Origin: an uncultured archaeon
Lineage (GTDB): Archaea > Asgardarchaeota > Heimdallarchaeia > Heimdallarchaeales > Kariarchaeaceae
Direction: 5' to 3'
DNA: 16,646 nt
Assembly (NCBI GenBank): GCA_964645535.1
Contig: CAZYCQ010000018.1
Span: forward strand, 33,603-50,248
Positions 7,546-14,443 of this stretch are shown in pieces (the stretch's first letter is position 1; every line of letters begins with the position of its first letter). The notes below the pieces were generated by a model. The model was not told the origin of the DNA. It did not search any database and saw only the letters and a list, made by a program, of their open reading frames with translations. Made by a program: the position numbers and the translations under genes.

Positions 7546-9222
7546 ATGTCATCACCTGCATTGGGTCTCCTTAAACGAGGCATTGCTAACGTATGGATTG
7601 AACCAGTTGAAAACGATATTGCTAGTCAACTCTATCTCATCAAACAGGATCGTATGGCTGCCCACCCTGTGCGATTCTTGCTGAAACGACTTGAATCCCT
7701 CGAAAAGAAGGATGTGCCGGATCACTTCCTCAAAGAGGAAATATTCGTTGAAAAAGCCTATCTTCAATTTCTCATTCAAGATTTGAAAGGCTTTAAAAAA
7801 ACTCTGAACCAACTTGAAAACCTTCCCTCCAAACCACTCTACAAAGTTTCATTCCTCGAAGGAATCCGTGCATTCCGCGAAAAACGATTCAAGGATGCAA
7901 TTTTCCACTTTAAGAAGGTCATAACTAATAATCCCTCTAAACTTTATTTGGGGAAATCATGCAACAATCTTGGTCTTCTATTCCACAAACTTGATCCCCC
8001 AAGTGCAGAACATTTTTACAATAAAGCCATCGAATCCTTTCAATTTCTCAAAAACTCAGAATTGGAATTCCAAACAAAGGAAAATCTCGTATCTCTTTAC
8101 AAATCAATGCAAAAACGATCCGAAGCAATCTCCATGCTCCTCGAAATCATGGAACATAATAAACAAATCCATGCTATGGATCGCCTAGCTCAAAACCATC
8201 ATACACTAGGTGTTCTCCATGAAAAGGAAGGAAATTTCGAGAAGGCACTTTCCAACTATACCAAAGCTCTCGCAATTAGAGAAAATATGGACGACCAACT
8301 TGCCTCTTCTTGGACATATCTGAAACTTGCCCGTCTCTACCTCCAAATGGGAGAAATATCCAAGGCATTTGAAATGAGCCATAAAAGTCTCCTCATCCGA
8401 GAAAAACAAGGATCAAAAGAAGAAATGGCTCAATCTCTTCAAACCTTGGCTTTGGTCTATATCCAACTCGGTGACAATGAAAACGCCAAGTCATGCATGA
8501 AACAAGCTGTTGATCTCTTCTTGGAGACTGCAAATGAAGAATGGATTTCTGAAAGTACATTTCATTTGGCACAATTTCTCCTTAAGGAACAGGCTCTAGA
8601 GGAAGCAAAGAATCTTGCCCATATTCATTCTCAACTGGCAAAATCAACCGCAAATCGAAGTATTAAACAACGAAATCGACTCTTGGAAGCTATTCTTCTC
8701 AAAAATAGTGAATCTCCCAAATCCATGTTTGAAGCCTTGGAAATACTTGAAGACCTCCTGCAAGAACCTTTGGATGATATAGAACTAAAGCTTCAGGCCA
8801 TGATCGAGATAATTGACCTTTATCTTCTTGAACTTAAAATCATCAATCCTGAAAAACCCCTCCGTAAAATTGAAAATCTCCTGTCTCAGATGCTCGACAG
8901 TTCCCTGACCAATCAATCTTTCACCATCTATGTCCATTTCCTTATTATCAAGGCAAGGTTGAAACGAGCTCAATTCAAAGGAGAGGAAGCCTTGAATCTA
9001 CTGAAAGAAGCAGAAATCGTGTGCAATGAAAAAAGACTCAACTATCTCAAAACCATCATCGATCAGGAAATGAATGAATTGCAGACCCATCTTTCTGATA
9101 TGTGGGAAACCCTACAATATTCCAATGCCGATCTTATTGAACGCATGCAAAAAACAGCCCTTAAAGAATACCTTGAAAAAGTAACTGAAATGCTCAGAAT
9201 CAGCAAGGATCAATCCGATTAA
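7546..9222 (+). CDS. TPR-repeat (all-alpha solenoid) protein, no other recognisable domain
   Basis: The 558-aa protein has repeated 34-aa-type units such as HHTLGVLHEKEGNFEKALSNYTKALAIRE, WTYLKLARLYLQMGEISKAFEMSHKSLLIRE and LQTLALVYIQLGDNENAKSCMKQAVDLF. It has no signal peptide or TM segment. The tracked ORF starts at 7423 but overlaps the divergent gene, so ATG 7546 is used. Confidence 0.85.
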   Translation: MSSPALGLLKRGIANVWIEPVENDIASQLYLIKQDRMAAHPVRFLLKRLESLEKKDVPDHFLKEEIFVEKAYLQFLIQDLKGFKKTLNQLENLPSKPLYKVSFLEGIRAFREKRFKDAIFHFKKVITNNPSKLYLGKSCNNLGLLFHKLDPPSAEHFYNKAIESFQFLKNSELEFQTKENLVSLYKSMQKRSEAISMLLEIMEHNKQIHAMDRLAQNHHTLGVLHEKEGNFEKALSNYTKALAIRENMDDQLASSWTYLKLARLYLQMGEISKAFEMSHKSLLIREKQGSKEEMAQSLQTLALVYIQLGDNENAKSCMKQAVDLFLETANEEWISESTFHLAQFLLKEQALEEAKNLAHIHSQLAKSTANRSIKQRNRLLEAILLKNSESPKSMFEALEILEDLLQEPLDDIELKLQAMIEIIDLYLLELKIINPEKPLRKIENLLSQMLDSSLTNQSFTIYVHFLIIKARLKRAQFKGEEALNLLKEAEIVCNEKRLNYLKTIIDQEMNELQTHLSDMWETLQYSNADLIERMQKTALKEYLEKVTEMLRISKDQSD

Positions 9223-9248
9223 TTGTCAATTGTCTAACTCTGAAATTC

Positions 9249-9375
9249 TTTGACCAAATCTCTAAAATTCCAAACAATTACTCAGCAAACGTTTGATCTT
9301 GTGAATGGATTTTGACATAAGATGTGTATTTGGTAATATCTGACTTAGGAAAATCAAATCTAAATGCTTTGACAT
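9249..9375 (+). promoter_or_regulatory. Cluster of three TTTGAC(A) boxes in the 219-250-nt intergenic region upstream of 7-TM paralog A
   Basis: TTTGAC occurs at 9249-9254, 9311-9316 and 9368-9373, and the last two are both TTTGACAT. The same hexamer clusters again at 16417-16500. Confidence 0.35.
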
Positions 9376-9471
9376 TCAAATCTCCTTCATTTCGGGAGAT
9401 TCCTAGATCTCCGTACTTTCCTCCTGTGATTAAATCAACCTATGCAATGTAAAAAAATATTTAATTTCAGA

Positions 9472-10338
9472 ATGTTAAAGATAGTTCAATTGCAACCCAC
9501 CTCCATTGCTCTTCTCATACTTGGTACGGGGGAACTGTTTGCCTTCTCCAGAGGAATCCACCTGTACAGGAAAACCCATGTCCACGAATATCTTTACTTC
9601 TCTTTCCTTTGGCTTTTCGCCTCAGTTACCTCTTACTCCTCTGTCTTCATCCTTGAAGGCAATGAAACACTGATCCTTTTTCAGATCCGTGAGTTGTCAT
9701 TCCTCTTCTTCTTCCTCTCCCTTTCCTTCCATGCGCAACGGAGGATTTTCACCAATGACCATTACATTCTCAAAGTCATGGTAAGCCTCGAATGTCTTAT
9801 CGTTGCAACCTTGAGCCTTGTCGTTCTTTTCTGGAGAAAATTACCCACAATAAAGCTGTCCATTCCTCCTGAACCCGATTTCAGTATTCATTACGGCATT
9901 CAATGGGGATCACTAGTCTATTCCAATCTTTATCCCTTGTTCCGAAATCTCTTTGGATTCATTGCGTTCTTGATTACTTTTTTTGCATATTTCTTCATTT
10001 CTTCCGAAACAGAACTAAGAAATGCAAAACGGGCACTAATCCTTTGGAGAATCACCGCGGTAGGAGGAATCCTGTGGTCCTTTTTCCAGACATTTTGGTT
10101 TCTTTTTTTCCCCACTCCATCAATTCGCCTCCCCTTTGCCCTCCTTGCCATTATCCCCTTGAGTATCATCACCTTTGCTCTTCCGGAGGGTTTCATCACT
10201 TCATACTCCCAAATTTACAGAGCTGCCCTCGCTTATCGTTTCATAGATCAAGAAAAAGATGAAAAGGAATTAGAAGATCTTCGTGACTATATTGTGCAGG
10301 TTGCTCAGATCATCAAATTGACCAGAATCAAAGAATAA
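9472..10338 (+). CDS. 7-TM membrane protein, uncharacterised family, paralog A
   Basis: It has seven hydrophobic segments and is a full-length paralog of 12390-13223. The N-terminus MLKIVQLQ aligns with (M)LQITQLN of paralog B, which favours ATG 9472 over the tracked ATG 9442. Confidence 0.8.
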   Translation: MLKIVQLQPTSIALLILGTGELFAFSRGIHLYRKTHVHEYLYFSFLWLFASVTSYSSVFILEGNETLILFQIRELSFLFFFLSLSFHAQRRIFTNDHYILKVMVSLECLIVATLSLVVLFWRKLPTIKLSIPPEPDFSIHYGIQWGSLVYSNLYPLFRNLFGFIAFLITFFAYFFISSETELRNAKRALILWRITAVGGILWSFFQTFWFLFFPTPSIRLPFALLAIIPLSIITFALPEGFITSYSQIYRAALAYRFIDQEKDEKELEDLRDYIVQVAQIIKLTRIKE

Positions 10339-10378
10339 TATGCCTCTGCAAAGCTTCCGTCCTTCCATAGTGTGTTGA

Positions 10379-10390
10379 AAAATATTATAA
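10379..10390 (+). promoter_or_regulatory. TATA-box-like element for the beta-helix surface protein gene
   Basis: AAATATTATAA ends about 25 nt upstream of ATG 10415. That spacing is consistent with a leaderless or short-leader archaeal transcript. Confidence 0.4.
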
Positions 10391-10414
10391 TGGATCGCAT
10401 TCTCTTTAATATCC

Positions 10415-12121
10415 ATGAAGAAAATGTTCTTGCCTCTAGTTTTGGTTCTGCTTTTCCTGCCCATCACTGCTGCCCCTTCAATCCAAGATGGAACTCCTGT
10501 TGCCATAATCAATGGGAATGGTGGAATTCTTACTTCTGAAGATTTGAAACCCTTTATTGGTGTCACTCGTGTCCGATTGACCAATGCTGCCCTGATTTTC
10601 CTCGAAAATCTGGATCTCAGCACCACTGCAATCAATATCGATGACACTCAAGCTGTAATCATGTCAAACATTCACTGGATCAACTTCAGAGTAAATGACA
10701 ACCTTGAGATCGAAAATGTTGGCAACGTCACTCTCAATGATCTCACATTTTCCAATGGTGAAGTGGGGGGGATAACTGCAGATTCCCTCGTAGAAATAAA
10801 AAATACTGACCAAGTTACCATTTCAAATACTTATATTGACAATATCAAACCATTCTCAGGAAAAAGCCAAACAAATCTAAGCATCTTCCTCTTCTCCTCT
10901 GTCACATCCATCACAATCCAAGACAATGCCTTTACCGATATCAACATGTCCTATGCAGATCTGAATACCAAACAAGCAATCCTCAACATTTCTGACGCAA
11001 ATACTATTCTCATTAAGAACAATACTTTTTCCAATCTGTCCACAGTTGACCCTGTCACATTTGATATGAATGCAATCAAAATCACACAGAGCATAACCAC
11101 ATCCATTGCCGACAATTCCTTCCTGAACTGGAATGCCAAATTCGCCAACTTCTATCCAATCATCGTAGAAGCCCAACAGGCAACCATCTCCAAAAATACC
11201 ATTCACAACCTCAATGCAAATGCAATCGATCCTATCACTGCAACAATTTCTGAAAAAACCACAATATCCCAAAATTCCATCAATGTCATCACTTTCAATA
11301 CCGAAACCACAACACTCGTTCAGTCCGAAGCCATCAGCCTCATCGCAACAAAAGAACCAAATTCAACTGCCACCATATCCGACAACACGATACAAAATAT
11401 CTCCATCTCTAAAGGACCTGGGGGCAAACAATTCACAGGAATATTTATCCTTGCAGATGCCCTTAATGCAACCCTCAGCAATAACAGTATTCAAGCAACT
11501 ACTGATGGTTCTGATTCCTCATTCAACAAACGCTTACTTCAAGGGATCTCTGCATTCACTGATGCAACCATAACCATGATCAATAACTCAATCCAACTCC
11601 AATCGGATGATGCCGTCACCGCTGCTGCCATTACATCCAACTTCGCTGAAATCACAAACTCAACATTCCTCGCTAACTCAACAACAAAAGCAATCACAAT
11701 TTCAATCAACTCCAGAATCACAAACTCCCTCACGAAAATAACCAATAACATAATCAATGCAATCGCTCCCGAAGCAGAAGCCATCATGATCCAAAATCAA
11801 GGAATTGTGAATATAGATCAAAACATCATAAACTCAACCAAAATTGCAACATCAATACTCACTCAAAACAATGTCTCAATAACCCTTACCAACAACAAAA
11901 TAAATGCACCACAAATGGTCTACCACAATTCAAAACAGATTGATCTCAACTGCAATAACAATACATTCAACGGAGAAACAATCAATGAATGCCTTGTCGG
12001 AAACTATGTATTCATCGGCAACATCCCCCTCCAAAAAGATACCATCCCCATCCTCCTCGTCGGAACCATCCTTCTCATCGCAATACCTATCCTCATCAGA
12101 AAATACAACAACAAAAATTGA
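10415..12121 (+). CDS. Secreted, C-terminally membrane-anchored parallel beta-helix (PbH1-type) repeat surface protein
   Basis: It starts with the signal peptide MKKMFLPLVLVLLFLPITAAPS. About 14 coils follow with the [IL]-x-[NDQ]-N-x-[IF]-x-N signature (ISNTYIDN, IQDNAFTDI, IKNNTFSNL, IADNSFLN, ISKNTIHNL, ISQNSINVI, ISDNTIQNI, LSNNSIQAT, INNSIQLQ, ITNNIINAI, IDQNIINST, LTNNKINAP). It has at least 15 N-x-S/T sequons. The C-terminus is a TM segment plus basic tail, IPILLVGTILLIAIPILIRKYNNKN. Confidence 0.85.
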   Translation: MKKMFLPLVLVLLFLPITAAPSIQDGTPVAIINGNGGILTSEDLKPFIGVTRVRLTNAALIFLENLDLSTTAINIDDTQAVIMSNIHWINFRVNDNLEIENVGNVTLNDLTFSNGEVGGITADSLVEIKNTDQVTISNTYIDNIKPFSGKSQTNLSIFLFSSVTSITIQDNAFTDINMSYADLNTKQAILNISDANTILIKNNTFSNLSTVDPVTFDMNAIKITQSITTSIADNSFLNWNAKFANFYPIIVEAQQATISKNTIHNLNANAIDPITATISEKTTISQNSINVITFNTETTTLVQSEAISLIATKEPNSTATISDNTIQNISISKGPGGKQFTGIFILADALNATLSNNSIQATTDGSDSSFNKRLLQGISAFTDATITMINNSIQLQSDDAVTAAAITSNFAEITNSTFLANSTTKAITISINSRITNSLTKITNNIINAIAPEAEAIMIQNQGIVNIDQNIINSTKIATSILTQNNVSITLTNNKINAPQMVYHNSKQIDLNCNNNTFNGETINECLVGNYVFIGNIPLQKDTIPILLVGTILLIAIPILIRKYNNKN

Positions 12122-12143
12122 AACAGACACGAACCATATCACT

Positions 12144-12153
12144 AAATATAAAT
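12144..12153 (+). promoter_or_regulatory. TATA-box-like element upstream of tRNA-Thr
   Basis: AAATATAAAT, followed by an A run, lies 35-44 nt upstream of the mature tRNA 5' end. Confidence 0.45.
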
Positions 12154-12187
12154 AAAAAAATGAGGCGAAGTAGATTGACGTAATATT

Positions 12188-12260
12188 GCCTCAATAGCTC
12201 AGTTGGCAGAGCAGCTGACTTGTAATCAGCAGGTCCCGGGTTCAAGTCCCGGTTGGGGCT
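12188..12260 (+). tRNA. tRNA-Thr (anticodon UGU)
   Basis: Hand-folded cloverleaf. Acceptor GCCTCAA/TTGGGGC forms 7 bp with one G-U pair. D stem is GCTC/GAGC. Anticodon stem is GCTGA/TCAGC with loop CTTGTAA (anticodon TGT at 12221-12223). The variable loop is AGGTC. T stem is CCGGG/CCCGG with loop TTCAAGT. The discriminator is T. There is no intron and no encoded CCA. Confidence 0.95.
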
Positions 12261-12262
12261 TA

Positions 12263-12295
12263 AGGGGGGCTATCCAACTATTGTTCAACCCCCCT
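12263..12295 (+). repeat. Inverted repeat AGGGGGG ... CCCCCCT (7-bp stem, 19-nt loop) immediately 3' of the tRNA
   Basis: Positions 12263-12269 pair with 12289-12295. The element starts 3 nt after the tRNA discriminator base. Confidence 0.5.
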
Positions 12296-12389
12296 CTCCT
12301 CGAGAACCTAGCTGAATTGGGTTGTCCACTATAATTTGTACATCTCATAAACGTATATGTTATATCCCTGAAGCATCCATATAACTTGT

Positions 12390-13223
12390 TTGCTGCAAAT
12401 TACGCAACTCAATATTCTAGTAGCGCTGATAACGGCTATTCCATTGGCAAGGACGTTCAAAGTGTATTGGGAGACGCGTATTCGAGATTTCATCCTTTTG
12501 TCTATCCTGTGGATGACTGTGGTTGGAACAGCAGTTCTTGCCTCCATGCTCAATTCCAATTGGCACATTTCCCTTTATTGGCAAATCCGTGAAATCTTGC
12601 TTGTAGCATTCTTTTTCAGCGTCTTTCATCATGCTAATCACATGTATCTTCCAAACTGCCCTACTCACCGTTCCTTTCGTATATTCATGGGTGGCTATGC
12701 TCTTACATTGATCCTTCTAGTTCTTCTTTGGCGACCATTACTGGATCTTTCATGGATATTTCCCAGGTACCCGTTTGCGGAACCCCCCTCATTTGGTTTT
12801 ACTGCCTTTGGTCTGGTCTATTCCCCTGAATTCCCCCAAATCCGCAATCTCTTCGGTCTGCTTTCCTTCAGCTATTTTGTCTATGTTCATTGGCAAGTGA
12901 AGCCATTGATACAAGATTTGCGTGTCCTTCGATCGCTTCTACTTTGGCGAATTGCAGGGGTGTGTGGTCTTCTCTTTTCGTTGATCCAGACTTTCTGGTT
13001 TGTTTTTGCCATTAATCCAGATATTCGGTTTGTATTTGCGTTTCTTGCAATCATTCCCATTGCGTTGATTGCCTTATTCTATCCTGAAGGGATGCTGATA
13101 ACACAAGCCCAAATTTATCGTGCACTTCGCACCTATGCCTTTGCCGAGATGAAGTCAGAGACATCTTTGACACATCTGATGGATTATCTTTCACGTGTGC
13201 GCGAAGTGATCAAGAATGACTGA
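12390..13223 (+). CDS. 7-TM membrane protein, uncharacterised family, paralog B
   Basis: It is a full-length paralog of 9472-10338, sharing the blocks QIRE, LVYS...RNLFG, LWRI, QTFWF, LAIIP, PEG, QIYRA and DY[IL]. TTG 12390 is the first canonical start after the in-frame stop at 12369-12371. The gene ends 47 nt before ftsY. Confidence 0.8.
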   Translation: MLQITQLNILVALITAIPLARTFKVYWETRIRDFILLSILWMTVVGTAVLASMLNSNWHISLYWQIREILLVAFFFSVFHHANHMYLPNCPTHRSFRIFMGGYALTLILLVLLWRPLLDLSWIFPRYPFAEPPSFGFTAFGLVYSPEFPQIRNLFGLLSFSYFVYVHWQVKPLIQDLRVLRSLLLWRIAGVCGLLFSLIQTFWFVFAINPDIRFVFAFLAIIPIALIALFYPEGMLITQAQIYRALRTYAFAEMKSETSLTHLMDYLSRVREVIKND

Positions 13224-13270
13224 CTGCTTTCTAAAACAAAGTTCATAACTTTTGGCACGTTTTTTGAGAT

Positions 13271-14203
13271 ATGTTTGGAAAGAAGATGTTCAGCCGCCTG
13301 AAAAAAGGGATGGGTGGTATTCTCAAGAAACTGAAGTTAAAACGACTTGATGAAAAGTCGTTGAAGGAGCCTATCCAGGAACTTATTGAGCTGATGATCG
13401 AGAATGAGGTGGCTGTTGATGTCGCCATGGAAATTGGAGAACGGGTCAAAAGAGAGCTTATTGCCGCGGGAACGGAACAGGAACGTTTTAAGGACGTCCG
13501 CCCCCTTCTACGGGAAGCTCTTCGAGCTGCGATCAAGGAGGTCATCACACCTGAGAATGGAGGCATTGACCTACTTGAAGAAATCCGGAAAAAGAGAGAG
13601 GAAGGGGAACCATACATCATTGTAATGGAGGGAATCAACGGCACGGGCAAGACCACGACAATGGCAAAACTTGCGCACAAGCTGCAAAAGGCTGGCTTTT
13701 CAGTTGTATTTGCCGCCTCAGACACTTTCCGTGCCGGTGCAATAGACCAACTTTCAAAACACGGTGAAAATCTCGGCATCAAGACGATCAAGCATCAGCA
13801 GGGCGGTGATCCCACTGCTGTCGCCATCGATGCTTTGGATCATGCCCTTGCCAAAAACGTAGACGTGGTCATGATTGATACGGCCGGAAGGATGCAGAAC
13901 AATGACAACCTGATCCGCGAACTGAAGAAGGTGATTGACAAGACAGAGGCGGATCTCCGCATTTTTGTGGGCGATTCCCTTGCAGGCAACGATGTCATCC
14001 GACAGGTTCGAGAATTTGCAGACCGTGTCGGTGTGGATGCCGTCATCATGACAAAGGCGGATTCGGACGTGAAGGGAGGGGCGGTACTGTCGGTTGCCCA
14101 TACGGTCGGCAAACCCATTCTCTACCTTGGTGTGGGACAGGGATATGACGACCTACAGGAATTCGATGCGGACTTTCTTGTAGACCAGATCCTACCGAAA
14201 TAG
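13271..14203 (+). CDS. ftsY: Signal recognition particle receptor FtsY
   Basis: It has an N domain followed by the SRP-GTPase G domain. Motifs are G1 GINGTGKTTT, DTFRAGAIDQL, G3 DTAGR, G4 TKADSDVKGG and the closing GVGQGYDDLQEFD. Confidence 0.95.
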   Translation: MFGKKMFSRLKKGMGGILKKLKLKRLDEKSLKEPIQELIELMIENEVAVDVAMEIGERVKRELIAAGTEQERFKDVRPLLREALRAAIKEVITPENGGIDLLEEIRKKREEGEPYIIVMEGINGTGKTTTMAKLAHKLQKAGFSVVFAASDTFRAGAIDQLSKHGENLGIKTIKHQQGGDPTAVAIDALDHALAKNVDVVMIDTAGRMQNNDNLIRELKKVIDKTEADLRIFVGDSLAGNDVIRQVREFADRVGVDAVIMTKADSDVKGGAVLSVAHTVGKPILYLGVGQGYDDLQEFDADFLVDQILPK

Positions 14204-14302
14204 ATTTCTTACTTTTTCTCTCCTTCTGTAAAGGCTTGTCTGCTTGACATTGATCAACCATTTCGAATACCCTTTTTAATTTTCCCACCTATCGTCGAAA
14301 AG

Positions 14303-14311
14303 TTTTTTTTT
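14303..14311 (+). terminator. Oligo-T (T9) archaeal-type terminator downstream of ftsY
   Basis: An uninterrupted run of nine T lies about 100 nt after the ftsY stop. Confidence 0.5.
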
Positions 14312-14334
14312 CTATGAAATTTCACAATATATGC

Positions 14335-14357
14335 AAAAAAAACTTCCGGGGTTTTTT
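14335..14357. terminator. A8 - CTTCCGGGG - T6 symmetric element (bidirectional terminator-like)
   Basis: AAAAAAAACTTCCGGGGTTTTTT. The A run and T run can pair around a GC core, and the T6 run is on the + strand. Confidence 0.35.
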
Positions 14358-14443
14358 GTAATACTAATTCTCTGTAATGCATTGATCGTTTATGGAGACA
14401 TAAAAATTAACTTGAATGAACATTATTCTGGAGGCGTTGTCTT

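Noticed and set aside
9312-9339. Bacterial sigma70-like promoter TTGACA-N16-TGGTAATAT
   Set aside because: The gene content is archaeal, where transcription uses TATA/BRE promoters and no sigma factors. The other TTGACA boxes lack a -10 partner, so the motif is kept only as a possible TF site.
11214-12183. Alternative-frame ORFs inside the beta-helix gene (11214-11573, 11904-12155, 11989-12183, and minus-strand ORFs at 10877-11272, 11539-11787 and 11930-12142)
   Set aside because: They are explained by the strong compositional bias (G-poor coding strand) of the repeat gene, which depletes stop codons in other frames. The products are low-complexity.
13243-13791. 182-aa minus-strand ORF antisense to ftsY (also 13754-14101 and 13840-14118)
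   Set aside because: It lies entirely inside the unambiguous FtsY CDS. The predicted protein is low-complexity (S/R/P-rich) and typical of a shadow frame in a relatively GC-rich gene.
14314-14361. 15-codon ORF (MKFHNICKKNFRGFL) and a 29-codon ORF from ATG 14416 overlapping the surface-protein start
   Set aside because: They are too short, lack an SD, and coincide with the terminator-like A8/T6 element. The out-of-frame 14416 ORF lacks a signal-peptide-like sequence, whereas the TTG 14444 frame has a perfect one.
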